A stretch of 64,000 nucleotides of DNA. Source: Haplodiscus bocki. Its lineage: Eukaryota. The position numbers and the translations under genes were made by a program. The stretch spans positions 49,414,001 through 49,478,000 of the forward strand of contig OZ296652.1 in assembly GCA_965655095.1 (NCBI GenBank), written 5' to 3'. Within the stretch, counting starts at the first letter, position 1. Every line of letters begins with the position of its first letter. The notes under the pieces are model-generated. The model searched no databases. It had not been told where the DNA came from and saw nothing but the letters and a program-made list of their open reading frames with translations. Positions 14,801-29,095 of the stretch are shown here, piece after piece.

Positions 14801-15353
14801 ATTTTGACATTTAGCGGTCAAAAGCCAGGAGATACGGTAGCGTTTTGATCGCAAAGGAAAAATAGAAATCTTATGCAGTAGCAGATCTCTTCCTTGAATA
14901 GTTGGATGTGGGTTTTACGGTGCATATTGCCAACGTCGTCGATCATTTAGATGCACCACTATCGAATCAGGGAATATACGCTGGTTTATTAGAATGTTGC
15001 AGTGGTACTAACAGTTTTTGTGAGAAAAAAGAAAATTCTAGGACCTCGTTTTCCAGGAGGTTTCAATTCATGGCACCGTGCTTGGGGTGATCAACTTTGC
15101 AACTTTTATGCCGTCTCACTCATCATTTCCCTGATCAAAAGGTTTTCATTGTTAAATTCGCAAAAGAATATACTGTTGTCTCTAGGCATCAGATGGCGGA
15201 AGCGGTACTGAATTGTGTCTGTGCGATTTCACAGCATGCAATTATTTGTGGGATTTTTTTGTCAAAAAAAGATTGAAATTTTAATTGGTGCTCTGAAAGT
15301 TGGTCAAGGACTATTTATTTTGGCTTGCATGTCTCGAAGTATATAATTATATC

Positions 15354-15385
<32 letters not shown>

Positions 15386-15401
15386 TATGTATATGTATAT
15401 A
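15354..15401. repeat. (AT)n microsatellite with GT interruptions
   Basis: Seen directly; explains the YIYI ORFs in the track. Confidence 0.95.
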
Positions 15402-16089
15402 TTTATAAACATATATGACTTCTGTTTCCTGATTTCTGTTTCCGGTGATGGCTTTTTGATTCTAGTATTAGTGGACGAGAATATTAGTGTTTGTATAAAT
15501 TTCCTCCGACGCTCAACTGTCATGTGACGAGAGGTAATGATGGATTGACTGAAAGTCTTCGTGTGTTTTGATCGAAGAATTGTCAAGTAAAATACAAAAC
15601 CCTGACTCGAAATTGCTGCAACTACTCTTGGCTGTGTGAGAGAGATCCAAAATTTGAGCCCACACAAAAATATGGAATTGAAGTCAGCAAATGAAACTTG
15701 TTACTAGAGCACAGAAATACGATATTTCACTGAGATCAGTCTCTAGTTTCAAGAATTCTAATGAATGTTTCTGGTCCGAACAAACTTGAAAATTTTTGCT
15801 GGAAAACAGAGTTGCTGTTACGCAGGTTTTGTAAATGCTGTCCGCCAACGCACATCAATCTCTCCTATATTGAAGCAGAAATTTGTTTTGGTTTTTTGAG
15901 TCAGGAATTTATTGATAGATTGCTGATAGCGTTGAAGATTTGCAACCACGACAGACCCAAAATGGCACTAGTCTTCTCTTGCTTCGCATTTATCGACTCT
16001 TGTGATAACTGAAGTGCTGATATTTTCTATAGTTTGTTTTGTAATCGTATGATTTATGTACTTTTGCAACCTTGACAACAAAAGATTTC

Positions 16090-16093
<4 letters not shown>

Positions 16094-16150
<57 letters not shown>
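16094..16150. repeat. (CT)n microsatellite
   Basis: Seen directly; explains the ERERER ORF 15968..16357. Confidence 0.95.
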
Positions 16151-16153
<3 letters not shown>

Positions 16154-18949
16154 CCTTTCTCTCACTTTCAGTCCCTTTGTTTCTCTCTGTTCCTGATCTA
16201 AGTACAGAATAGAGAAAGTCTGAAGTGTCAAAGTGTCATGAAAATATCCGTTTTTCAATTTTTTAATGTTTTTCCGGAAATTGTCGGAGATGAAAACCTG
16301 TTTCACATTAAATTTCCCAGAAAAGTTTGCAGGTTTCCGCTTATTATCACTTCCCATGATCGCTGGGACGACGAGGTAACATTGACAGTTTGAAGTCAGT
16401 CAACTAATTGAGTCATTAGCCTAATTTTTTTAAAGCTTTTAAAATCATTCTTGTTCTAGCGCGCCGGCGAACTTTTTCGGAACTGAACTATTTTGTAGTG
16501 TCAGTTGCAATCTTGGTTTGTCCAGTTTCAATCAAAATTGAGAAGAAGTCTTTGGCACACAGGGACTTACAGTACCTTAAACAAAGAACCATTGAACATA
16601 ATGCAAAACATTTCGCCAAGAGTTTGTCGGAAAATCAGAGAACCCAATGCAATCCGAATTTTTCCCCACGTGTAGGCTTTTTTGGGACGTACTAGAGATA
16701 ATATGTACTCTCAAAACCTGGATTTTTATTTGTATTGTTCAAAAACTGGCTTGAAGCTAAATATTGGGCTGCCGGAAAGTCCGACAGCGTTGATTTCAAC
16801 TTTGTCAATCCGTTCATGAAATAGTAGACTGATCTTAGTGACACATTCGGATCCGGAAAAGTATCAGTTGATTGAAACTTAAATAAAATAAAGTTCAATT
16901 GGTTTAAACAATTTTACTCTCTATCTTGGGAGTAGTTGGATGCTGGAGTAACATCTAGGGAAAACATATTACTGGCAACCGGGATACATTTGTATAGGAT
17001 AAAACATAAACCTGATGAAAACTTGAAGAAAGTTTGAAAATCAAGACTAGTGCTCAAAAATGGGATTAACGTCTAAAAAGGGGAAAAAAGCGACTACGAA
17101 GCTGGCGTAACGTCGGAAAATCACTTGAGACGACCCAATTTACTAAAACGTTCAAAGCGTGCAGGAAACGTCTGGTCACAAAAGTAAAGTTTAAAAAAAG
17201 GGAAAGGGATGACTAAAACAAGGGCCTAGATTTCAAAATCACCAAGAAACGTCCAGTTGATCTCGTAAACAGTTCTATCTCTCAACCTGCAAAGTAATGT
17301 TTAAACTCGACAAATTGTTCTAAAGCTTCAAAAAGACGTCTGGAACAAACAAAAAGTTTCTAGGAATAGCAAAAAAATTGGTTGTGCATAAATTGCCACA
17401 GATTATGTGAATTGCGGAAACCTATGGAGTTGAATGGTGCGTAAGCGAACTATGATATAAGTGTAAGCATCATTTCCGTTCGCAAAGAATATTCAAATAG
17501 CCAAAAAGCTTCCATTTCGATCAAATGGCCGGCTTTCAACGCTTTAGAAAGTCTGAGATCTCTTCCAAGAACTTTTGCGGACCTCGATTGATTTCTTTGT
17601 CCGTAGAATCCATTTCACAAAAAATGCAGCGTGTGAAAAGCGAAAAAGAAAAACACAAAAAAAACAGGTCTGGTTCTGCTGTGCCCGTCACGTGGCATCG
17701 CAGAAATCCACGTGGGCTTTTGTTTTGCTTTTTCCTCAAAGATGAAGAATTATCCGAAAAAGCCAATTTTGGAGATTTCTTCGACCCCTGAGTGTTAAAA
17801 ATATTTCTTGCGTCTTTTTCAGTTGTTAGCTCTGGTGTCTTTGTTATTAAATTTTATTCTCGTTTTTGGACGTTTTCACAAAATTGTAGGTATTCCTTTC
17901 CCTGTAATCGAGATGTTAGATAAAAAACCTGATCGGGGGCTTAAAACCTGTTAGCATTTATTGCTTTTCTGCCTGAGAATACAGAGAAATTTCATATAGA
18001 AAAATCGGAGAAAAATCAAATTGTGGAAAAAAACTTCCAAAAAGTGAAAACAGCTCTTTTATTATCGAAAGGTCTTACAGAAAACGGTGTTAATTGCAGA
18101 GGTTATTCCTTGAGATTTTATTACTTAGACGTTACTCAGAGGGGAAGAGTATCTGAATATGGTGAATTAAATCTGAAAAGATAGATTCGGAGCAAAAATC
18201 GATAAACTCAATCCAAACACAAAGTATAAAAAGATTGATTGCCTACCCAGAACCATATTCGTCGTAAAAACTGTTTTATTCACTCTGGGCCTCGAAGCCA
18301 AGATAGTTTGCTCGTCAAGTCATGGGTTAAGATAGGTTATACTTCAGCAATGTATTGGATTCGAATAAGAATTCGAGTGTGTACTAAGGTAGGGTTCGGG
18401 TTCAGCTTCCAACAAAACAATGAATTGAGCTAGATAACAGCATTCGGCAACGTATTAAGTTATGTGATGGTGGTTGGCAGCGCAAGAAAAGTAGGCCATA
18501 GGGTTTCATAGTGAACAAACGGTAGGGAATAGTGTTTTTGACAAATTTTTGGCACTGTGAGTTTTTTAAAAGAGCAAAGTTGAATTCTTTTGAGTATGCC
18601 TGCCGTACGCTAGGTCTCTCCTCGGCCGATAAGATAAGTATCAGGGCACGGAGCTGCTCATTAGGACTTTGGTGAGTTTTTTTTGTACGCAGATAGTTTG
18701 TTACAGCTGCGTATCATGAATACTTCTGCGGATAGTTTTTTAGGTTGGTGGTTAGTATCTATGGTTACTGCTGTGACTTAGTGGGATTTATGAAGATGGG
18801 GTTAAAACCTATCAAAAGAAATAAAAATCAAAGACAACGCACAAAGCGACAGACAAATCTAATCAACGAGTTTTGAAACAACATTTTAGGTACAGTGTTT
18901 TTCTATGATGAGGGGACTAGTGTGTATTCCATTATCTTGTACCTAGGGA

Positions 18950-21900
18950 GAAAAGTAAATGATTACCTTCTTTGGTCGCTCATAGCTGCCAGCAGAATGG
19001 TTTCAACGTGCAAAAGCTACTATTGCTTGAGAGTAAATTAATCTTCTAACCTTGAATGCCCCATGCTGGAACGCTGGAGCGTCATCATTCTCTCCATTTG
19101 TTCTTCCGCTCAATAAGTTGCTGCTACTTTTGATTCTGTTTGAGTGAAAGTCATCGCAATGCAACAACACGTTGGGCACCACGAGCATCTGATTTCCAAA
19201 CAGTCCCATTTTTCACAAAAAGAACAGATTTCCGACAACCTTGCTGTTCACAATTGTTTCATCAACTATCGTTGAGGAAAGTGTCAACTAATGCTAAAAA
19301 CGGAGAATCGAAATACAACTTGAAATCTCCAACTTTTGCAAAACTTTAGTAGAGACACACTTATAGTTGTATTAGACGTTGGAAAATTTTATTCAAACAA
19401 TGACGAGTCTTCTAATTTTTGACTCATTGAAGCATCAGTTCCAGAACAAACCAAAACCAATAAAAATCCAAGTATGCTTTTGATCACTTGTATGCATATG
19501 CACACGCCGCTTCGAAGGAAAAGACTATAGCCTTAACAAGCTGCTTGTCTGGTGAAAAAACTTTTTTGCTTTCATACGAGGTTTTGCTTTCAGACAAAGT
19601 CCTGCGAAACTTTATACAAACAAGTTGTTTTCAATTTTCAAACAGCTCATTGGTTCAAGTTCTGTATCAGCATACATTGATGACATCCAACTTTTACCTC
19701 AATCATAGGTCATTTTTTGTTCGATCAAAGAAATGCAAGATAATGTAAGGAACGGAACTTAAAAAGACGCACAACGGAAGTATACTGCATGCTCTTTACA
19801 GTTTAAATTTTTGGTCACGAGATAGGTCGTGAAAAAAACAACAACTATCTAGCATAAAGTAGTCGCAATACACGAATTGGAAAGACACGAAAGTAAAAAC
19901 TTTTTTTGGAACTCGTTCAATCAAGGAGTTTCTTAGAAAAGTTTTGACAAAATTCACCAAACTTTCAGTAACACCATTGTATCAGTTTTTACCTGATGAT
20001 ATTTCATTGCAACCCAATATTTGAGAATGTTCTTTGGGGAAAATTGTCATTTCCTGCCGTAACTAGATTAACGGTAGCAGATACTTCTCAGGCGATGTAT
20101 ATTATCTTGAACTTTTTAATCTGGTGTCGGATGGTTTATGTATCAATCCTACCCAGATGATTTCAAAAAAGCCTTTAACCGAGAAAGGAAATCAACTCAT
20201 TTCGCCGAAGAACTTTCACACCCCATGAGTGAAAAATGGTTACAATTCAGCATGAATAAACTGCACTAGCTTTTTCATCACAACCTAAGAACTTCATTAA
20301 CTCAGGATGAAAATTTCTATAACTTTTCTTTACCGGTCACCCACCTTCATTAGATCTTTTCAAACATAAAAGTAAGTTAGACCCCAAACGTTCAAAATTT
20401 GCGTCCCGTTTCCAATGACACACAATGGTACTTTGCTAAACATCTTGACGCGAGACGAAACTTTGGCATGGTTGATTTGAAGAGCCGAAATTTTAACAAA
20501 AATAATGTTACCAGCCGTCAAAATAAAAACAAATCCTCACCATGAGCAACAACCCATCAAAATCAAGATCAACAAGACCCGGTTGAACCTTTAATAATTT
20601 ATGAAGAAGTAATTCATGCACAAGAATAGATTCCTCTTCTTTTTTACCAACCTTGGTGATGATCAATTTGTACTGATATCAAAATTTTTGGAAAAAATTT
20701 AGTCGATATCTTGATTGCTTCTCATTCAGTTTTGTAGATTTTCTTCCGATTGGCTTCAAATAAAAACTCGGAAAAATTTTGATGCCATCTTTTTTTGAAC
20801 GAAATTGATGTCCTTAGTGATAATGATGAGCCTATTGTGAAATGCATTCCCACTAACTCTCCGTAGTTTGGAATTTTTTGCAACACGTTTGATAAAGCTA
20901 CTCCTGAATCATCTTTAAAGTCGCAAAATCCTTCAATTTCAACTAAAACACGACAAAAAGAATCAACTCTTCTGTTGAAGGATTCTAATTGAACTTCACA
21001 TAGAACCTTTTTTTATAGAAAACCCAACACAATCTTTCATCTCAACTCCCTGGTTCATGAGAGAAAAACAGTGACCTTATTCGATTCAATGTTCCATTTT
21101 TCTTTAAAACTAGGATGACTTCAAAGATTTCTTTTACGTACCTGATGAATAAATCCTTATTCATCCTTTTCGACTTTTAACAAAGTTACCTTGTTTTGCA
21201 AAAGGTTTTCCTGTTCTTAACGGATCAATCAAAACATGTATGTAAAACTCTTGAAATTCATTGCAACTCTTTCCACTGAACTTTTAGAAGGATACACAAC
21301 GGTTCATTGACAGTAACTCCAAATTGTGTTGTTAATCTTTTCATTCCCAAAAACCGAACTAAGTTTCTCCTTTATTCTATCTTTAACACAAACTGTTTTT
21401 GTTTCTGTTTTGAGCTTCAGTCTAAATTTGTTCTGTTTCCTCAAATGTTCCCACTCAGCCGAAAATTTACCACGAATGCCTTGAAGCAAAGTTCCCACAA
21501 TGTTGTTTTGCAATTCGTTTCATATTAATATCATTCCTTTTACGTGATTGTTTAGATTGCCAAAACCGAAAACGTTTTTCGAACAAATTTCCCTAAACAT
21601 TTTTTTTGAAAAAATTGCCTCCTTCATCTATAGAAGTTGCATTCACACAAAAAGCCCTTTTGTTCTATCGTGGGATGGTATTTTTTACAATCATGATTCT
21701 ATTGACGGATTTACTGGTTCCATCATTGCGAACCCAGAATATGACAATGATGTGAAAACTGCTGTACTTACTCTTGTAAACTATAGGATTTCATTTTTCG
21801 GTTACACTGTAGCTTTAGTCTCAAGCCCAGGCCGGAAATTTACTGATATACCATTGGGTCAAAATTTTGCACGCTGTTTGATATTGACCAATCACTCTAA

Positions 21901-24281
21901 ACTCCTAATTTTTGACCGAAAGATGCTTTAGTTGAAGTTCAAAACCCTGATTTTGGCACTTATCTTTGGTTTTTCTACCTACAGGCCTATGATAAGTGGT
22001 CCCTACAGGGAGCGCTTCCTAAATACGCCCGTCTTACTCAACTTCGAGCATTACTTTTGCTGTCACTCTTTATTCATGCGTTCCACACTAAACCCTGGGT
22101 TCCCTAAGATTCCATAAGAAACTGATCAGAGATGAAAATGGTACTTGTACTTCTCGAAATTGTTTTACTTTACAAATCTTTGACTGCATAAAAAATAATC
22201 TAAATCTTGTCCTTTCTAGAATACTGTCCAGACCCAGTCCTGATGGGCTACCATGTGATGAAAGTGTCGTGCTAAAACATTATTCCGCTGTACAAAACAA
22301 ACTGGAAGAAAATTAGGAAAAACCATTATAAGTCCACAAATTTTTCCTAGAAGACATCCCCCAAAAAATGATATTTCGTGAATAAAACCCAAAACTTCCT
22401 AACGTTCATTTGATATCATGGGGAAAAGTAATTTTTGACCTAATTGATGAAACGTATTTGACTGCTAATCGTTTTGCTAAAAACCCAAGGGCTGACAGTT
22501 TGGATCTTTTTCTTGAACTGTTGAAAACCCATTGAATAAATACTGATTTTCGTGTTTGAATCGAGATCCTGGTTAATGCTCGGACTCAAGTGTGCCTTGC
22601 TTCCACTCGAATGATTTTGAAATCAATTAACCCATTCTGACAAATTATCAACACAAATAAACCATCAGTTGACATGTGAAATGAACTAGACGTGAAAATA
22701 CCAAAACTAAAAGATGATCCTCACAATAACCATATAGTTTTTCAAAGTTATACAGAAAACTTACACTATCTACCACCTCCACAAAGTGCTTACTACGGAG
22801 TGATTTTCTTCACCTCAAAGTCACTGACAACTCACAATCATTGTCAAACTTTTTAAATTCCTTGGAGGGACGCTCTAGCAACTGGTTTCTAGGAGAACCG
22901 ATTTTTTGTTTTTTTTTCACATCTTGATTCAAATCAGTCAACTCCAAGTTCCAATTACACTCCTCCACTTTAGAACACCTGTCTGACTGTTTTCTTCTGA
23001 CATTCACACCAATATCATGGCATCTCCTCATCCTCTCCCATTGAAAATTAGACCTCACAGTCACCTTGTCTTGAAATTGAAACAGAGAATATCACTATAA
23101 AAACGCCAATACAAGTGAATACTCCAACTTCACCGAAACCAAGTCTTGACACAAACTCAAACGTTTCTACTTAATGTAGCAATTGAATCACCTTCCGAGC
23201 CTTTGTGTTTACAAATATAAACTAAACCGTAACTTCTCATTCTATATCCTCAATTAAAGCCAACTCAGATCAAGCCATCCATCCAAAATCACTCGACACT
23301 ATTAAGTCTTTTATTAGCTCTATAATCTCTGATTTTATCTTCGTTTCCTTTTCCACAACCTGAGTCTCTTCAAAATGCTTCCCTTTCTGCTTTTTAGAAG
23401 CGTAGAACATACGCTTCTTACAATTTTACCATAATCCGAAACAATTTCAAACGAGCTTTCAAAACTCAGTTTATCAAACTTTCCTGTTTCCGAACCTTCT
23501 CTTTTTCAGATCCATGCAACTCAACGATATCCCCTCACCCAAAACTTTTTTCAGACTTCTGATGAAAATGCTCTTGTGATTCTATTTCAGATCTTTCTTG
23601 TGGTCTAACATAGTTAAGGCTTCCCTATACGTGTGATCTTCATGTCCATAAATTGGATTTAAAACTTCAACGTTCTGAAAATTGTAATTTACGTCCTGGA
23701 CCCGAATCATCGAATGCTTCAATCCTTTCTTGCAAAAATTTCGATAATTAACCTTCTCACATTTTTTTCTCGCCCCTCTATAGACAATGACCCTTTTTCA
23801 CTTAACACTTCTGAGTTTCAAACGTAAATTGGTGTTTTCTCTCACCTCTTTCGTGCAATTTTTTCTGGGAACCAACTTTCCAATTTCCATCGTACAGGTC
23901 TTTTACTTGCTCTCACCGAACTTTCCCCAAAAAATTCTGAATATTTCATCCAATTAACTTCTAAACCATACGACTTGTCCTTCATTTTGCCAAGTCAAAT
24001 TCATCGCCGCGCTGAAGAAGATCGAAAATTTCAAAAATGAGCAGAAATAGATTTTAGTAGCGCTAGTATTTCTAGTAATGCAAAACATAAGGAACTTACC
24101 CGCATTGAACTCGTAATATCGAAATCACCTTTGATATGGAAATGCATTTTCAAATTGTTAATACTCATCCAAAAAATACTTCCTCTCAATTTTCTGCAGG
24201 AAATTTTCGAACTTCATTTATTTTCGAGAGAGTTCACTCCGCACTTTCAGATAGCTTTTCGAGACAACATTTATGGGGAGA
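18950..24281 (+). mobile_element. Decayed Ty3/gypsy pol (RT, RNase H, integrase), a different family from the 5.6-11.8 kb copy
   Basis: Motifs YAYAHAA...KTIALTS..SGEK (ORF 19488) and an intact catalytic TAC ATT GAT GAC ATC = YIDDI at 19673-19687. Decayed RNase H/integrase-like text follows. The region ends with GGGGAGA-TGTAAC (polypurine tract plus LTR-like start) at 24275-24287. Confidence 0.8.
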
Positions 24282-24999
24282 TGTAACATGGCTCAGTAGA
24301 ACTGCCGGCTTAGAATTTCCATCTCAGTTTTGAAAGTTTTCGTTACCACTTTTTAATAGCACTCCTTTAATTTTCACTCACTCGCCCCCCATTTTTTAAA
24401 ATTGAATACGTTCCTCACCACAATTTTCTTGTAAAATAGTCCGGAAAAGCCATTCTACACGTGCTTCGAACCCTCGAATTCAAACAAAAAAAAAGTTCCA
24501 TACTCATCCGAATTTTTTTCTCATTGCCATCTACTACCAAATTTTGCTCGCCTCTTTCTGAAGATCTAACACCCGATGATGATCCTAACTTGTCTGACCT
24601 GGTGGTTCCACCTTGCGATTGCTTTTGTCAAACTAATTAAAGGTTAGTCCAATCTGACCTGAACAAAAATTAAAGCACCAACTGTTTTCAAATATGCTTT
24701 ACTTTTTTGGACGTTTTTGTTGAAGCTATTAAAGCCACTCGCCCACCTGCTTGGAGATGTGAAGCAAGATTTGTGAAACAACACGTCATTTTTGCTCAAA
24801 CTTCCAAATTATAATGAAAACGAACTGATTGCCAATCCTACAGACCTATTGTATCACACAACGTCCAAAGCTTCCCCCATTTGACTCTATCGAGTTAAAA
24901 CATGTGACTGGGCCTCGCACCTTAATTGTCACAAGTTTAAGCAAATAAAACCATCACAATTATGTTCGAAACTTCACAAATTTTTGAGAAAACTAAATT

Positions 25000-26500
25000 T
25001 CGGAGTAAATTGAGAACTTGAGGGATACATCCGGGTTATCGATTTGAAAATTCTTGCTTTTTAAAAAACTGCCCACACAAACCATGGTAAAAACTGCATA
25101 CCAAAAATATTGCTCAAACAGAATCAAGGTGCCCCGATGGTATTGAAAGACGTTCTGGTCTTGATAACTGGCATCTACAAGTTCCGCATTTTTGTCTAAA
25201 CTTCATCTGCAAGTCCAATCAATAAAAAATGATAGACATAATCTTCTCTCCATACTTAAAGGAAGACTTGATATTCTTACTACACAAAACCTTTATGCTC
25301 CTGTATAGTTTTCTGAAGACTTACATCATTTGTTCAATTTTCAAAAAAAATCATCCGTCAGATGTCTATACTTCGATCGCAATATGGATTAGAAAAGGAT
25401 CGTTTCCTTTTCCGACAGCCAATTTTTTATTGACGCCCAACAAAAACATCAAAACGTTCCCAAATACATCAGGAACAAAACTGACTGTCTTGTTTTAAAA
25501 CTTTTCCCGAATTAAGAATTTTGCGTTAAACCGGGTCTATTTTTCGTTTTAAATTTGCTGACTTGTTTGTTTGTTTCAGTGAAGGTTTCAAATTTAACAC
25601 TGTTCAAATGAATCCTTCCATTTTACCCCAAAAATATTGATTCCAATAAATTACCGAACCTTAAATGGATGCTTTCCTTGCTCAAATAAAAAAAATCAGC
25701 TTCAAATAACGCTCACTTTTCTGCCACAGTGGATTACGACACGCATATAAATACAAAAATTAATTTCTATATAAACCTTATTTTCAAAATTAAGTGAAAT
25801 GGTGAATTTAACACGCTCCATACATTTTGTTGATCAAAAAAAACAAATATAACAATATTCGCAAAGACTCTAGAACCCCACAACTCCCTGGAGTTTTACT
25901 TACAGGTGATCGGGATTAGTTTGGAAAACGGAAGCTCATCAGCATGGTTGTATGATTCTCATCAACGTTGGTGCCCGTTACAGAGTGGTGCTGAATGCTT
26001 TGACAAATTGTTCCTCATGTTGACCCTATAACAAGAAAAACATTTGACTATGTTTCTCCTATGGATGTAACAAAAACCCACAAAATGTCTACTCAAGCGA
26101 CCAAAAAACTGACGATTTTTGGACGCCTATACCAGTTGAAAAGGCCCGCCACCTTTGTTTAAACCCAGTCAAATCTTTTGGTCAATTAGCTTCAAATTGT
26201 TTACAGCGCAAACTAGTGCGGAATATCTTCAGCAGCAGAACATGATCAATTTTAGTCAAACGTAAGTTCTGCTAAATCTCCTCGTGTTCCTTTTAGAATA
26301 TCAGAAAAGTTTATAATCTATATTTTTTTGGCGCTGCCATAAATACACAATCAACCCATTTATCAAAACAGACCTACAGACCGCCCATCCGTAAACTGTT
26401 GGACAACATGATCGTCTTCTGAAGTTTACCTCTTTAGTTACCCCCTAGTGGTTTTCAGATGCATTTTTTAATCCTCTCGGATAAACAGTCTATCATTTAT
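25000..26500 (+). pseudogene. env-like viral glycoprotein relic adjacent to Ty3/gypsy pol
   Basis: Colinear fragments VDYDTHINTKINF (~25729), PQLPGVLLTGDR (~25878), GSSSAWLYDSHQRWCPLQSGAECFDK (~25930-26007) and HVDPITRKTFDY (~26017-26052). The pattern recalls retroelement-borne class III-type fusion glycoproteins. Confidence 0.55.
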
Positions 26501-29095
26501 TACGATGTAAACATCGACAAAAAGGTTGCTGTATTTTGTTTTATCTAATTATACCACTTGTTCAGTTTTTGTGCATATCAAACAGCTATGAAACAATGTT
26601 TTTTACTCTCAATTTCCTGAAATCACCTATAAAAAAAGCACATTTTTTTCTCCTGGCGCAAACGAAAAATCAACTGACAATTCAGGCAGTCCTTTGTCTG
26701 TTAATCTTATGTCGATCTCTGACACCACCCCTCCTGGAGCTAGTTATTCCATATTGAAAATAACAATACAAATCTATAGTTTTAATTCACCAAATAGTCC
26801 TACTATGTTTTACACCGTTTGTGCTTACCCAGTACCGAATAAAGTACCAAATTTGCTGTTATAAATTTTCATGATGTCTCAAATCTCGAATCAATTGTAT
26901 AAAATGTCTCTTTCCAGCTCTGTCAAAGATGACTCTGGCATTGAAAACAACTTTTTTAAACAACTCTAAACATTGCATCAAACGAGAACTTTCCGAATCA
27001 TACTGAAATTCCTTCTTAAATTGAACCCGATCAGTTTCCCTTCCTTCATTTCAGCCAGCAGTTGTAAAAGCTCCATTAACTGGTCAATCCACTTCTACTC
27101 CAATTTCAGCCCTAAAAATTGATATGATGCAATAACCAACTTCCTTCATCTAGGGAAATTTTGCACGTACCCTATCTCCAAAGACTGATACTCAACACGA
27201 GTTAATCACATCATTACAAATTTAGGCACCGTTAATGTTTATTGAAGTCGTATCTCACCTCATTGAACTTAACTCCCACACAAAATCGTTCTCAATGTTC
27301 TATATTCGATGACACCAGTCTTGACAATTTTATTTTATAGGCACCACGCCTTCTTGAAACATACATAGTTTTGTTCAGTAAAACGTTTAAGTTTTTTTAT
27401 CCAATTTTTTCTTTAAAATCCATACCAGAGGATATGAAAACATCCGATGATTCAAATTCAACATTCTGTACGTTTGGGTGTGTTCAACGAGCTCATCTCA
27501 ATATCTACACGACTTTTATGGGAAGTCAATTCGGAGAATTCAATCACCTACTCCACAATCACAAACTTTCAAGTTTTTCGACATTTGATCTAAAAGAATT
27601 GAACCGAAAACCAACCTCAAATTGGTAGTCTCCGTAATTCTCAGCCACACAAACTTCGATAATTTTACACTTTTTTGAGAAATACAGAATGCCCAATTAC
27701 TCTTCCTCAAGAGAATGTCGTTTGTGAGGAAGAGCCAGCAATGCCTAAAAAGTAATCCCACAAGTTGATAATATCATTTTTTTCTGTTATCTTTTCTACG
27801 ACCTAAACCTGATGGCAATTTTGGATCGTTATTTCGTTCAACCTTGAGAGAAAAACAAACATAGGAAGAGTTACTGTTCTTATCAGCCACCGTCGCAAGT
27901 TTTCTTAAAAAGAAGCGTCAGTCTGAAATTTTTCTCAATACTCAACTTCAACCGCTCCAAACTCCTAGCACACATACCGGAAGAGTTATATTTGAGACCT
28001 TCAACTTTTTAGAACACAAATTAATTGACGGCTAGAAATGCAGCAAATCGGCAAAAAATTTGGAAGAACAAAAGAGCCAACAGAAAAACGTACTCAATGA
28101 AAAAAATTCTCCAAGATGCTCACGCTGTAGTCGCATTCTGCTGCCCATTCCCACATAGCGCAAGCTTCCTAATATTTTTGCCAAAATCCACTCTTTTTCC
28201 ACTGTGAGCCAAAATGTCACATTCTCGAGGTTTGCAATAAATAACAAGGAGCAGTTCTGATAAAATCAAGTAAGCACCACAATCTACTACTCAAAGTGTA
28301 TTTTTCAAAACCATTTGACCGCATAAAACTCTGAAATTTCTCGCTGTCCACGAAATGCCGAATTGAGGCATTTCCTAAAAAGCGCGTCTTCTTGAAAATC
28401 TAATTTTCCTTACTTTTGAAAAAACTGTCAATTTTTCTCAAACTGAGTGTTGTTGATCTTGTGGATTCGGCACAGAATTGTCAGTCCATTGGTTTTTTTG
28501 ATAAATTCCCTTGCTCCAAAAACACGGTTTCTGGCCTGAGCACAACTTTCAGCTTAAGCCTCTCCGGGCTGAAATTGTTCTCCCTCCAAAAGAACAAAAG
28601 AAATGCAGATAATAAAATTGATAATGCTTCAGGAAGCAAGATTTATGCCGCTTTATGGCAAATCACTACTGAAATGTCGTGGAAAGTACAGTTGTACCGG
28701 GCCAGGTGGCAAGACGCGGCTTTCAGAGTGGGGTTCAAAAAAAAGAATTTTGATCGCTTTTTAATGGTTCAGGAAAGCTAGTAAGGAACGCTCGCTAAGT
28801 TAGACATTTCGTCCGATTGATCAATTAAAAGTTGCATGTTTCCGGAGGCAGGAATTAGTTGATTTGTAGGATGCATACTTCTCATAATTTTGAAAGTTTA
28901 ATGTGGTTTCGTTTAGCTTGTCAAGAGATTGGCCGTTGTTTCGCTGCTACATCGTAGATGCAGTCACTTATCAAAGTTGTTGAAAGGTTCCTTACTGCTT
29001 GTTCTTACTTGATCAGAAATACGGCTAGTATTTTTGATGTTTTCAAAGAGTAAAATTTGACATTTGAGAAATTTTTCGAGTATTTTAAATGGTAG

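Noticed and set aside
15300-16357. ORFs 15300..15527, 15353..15667 and 15968..16357 as genes
   Set aside because: Their length is inflated by (AT)n and (CT)n microsatellites.
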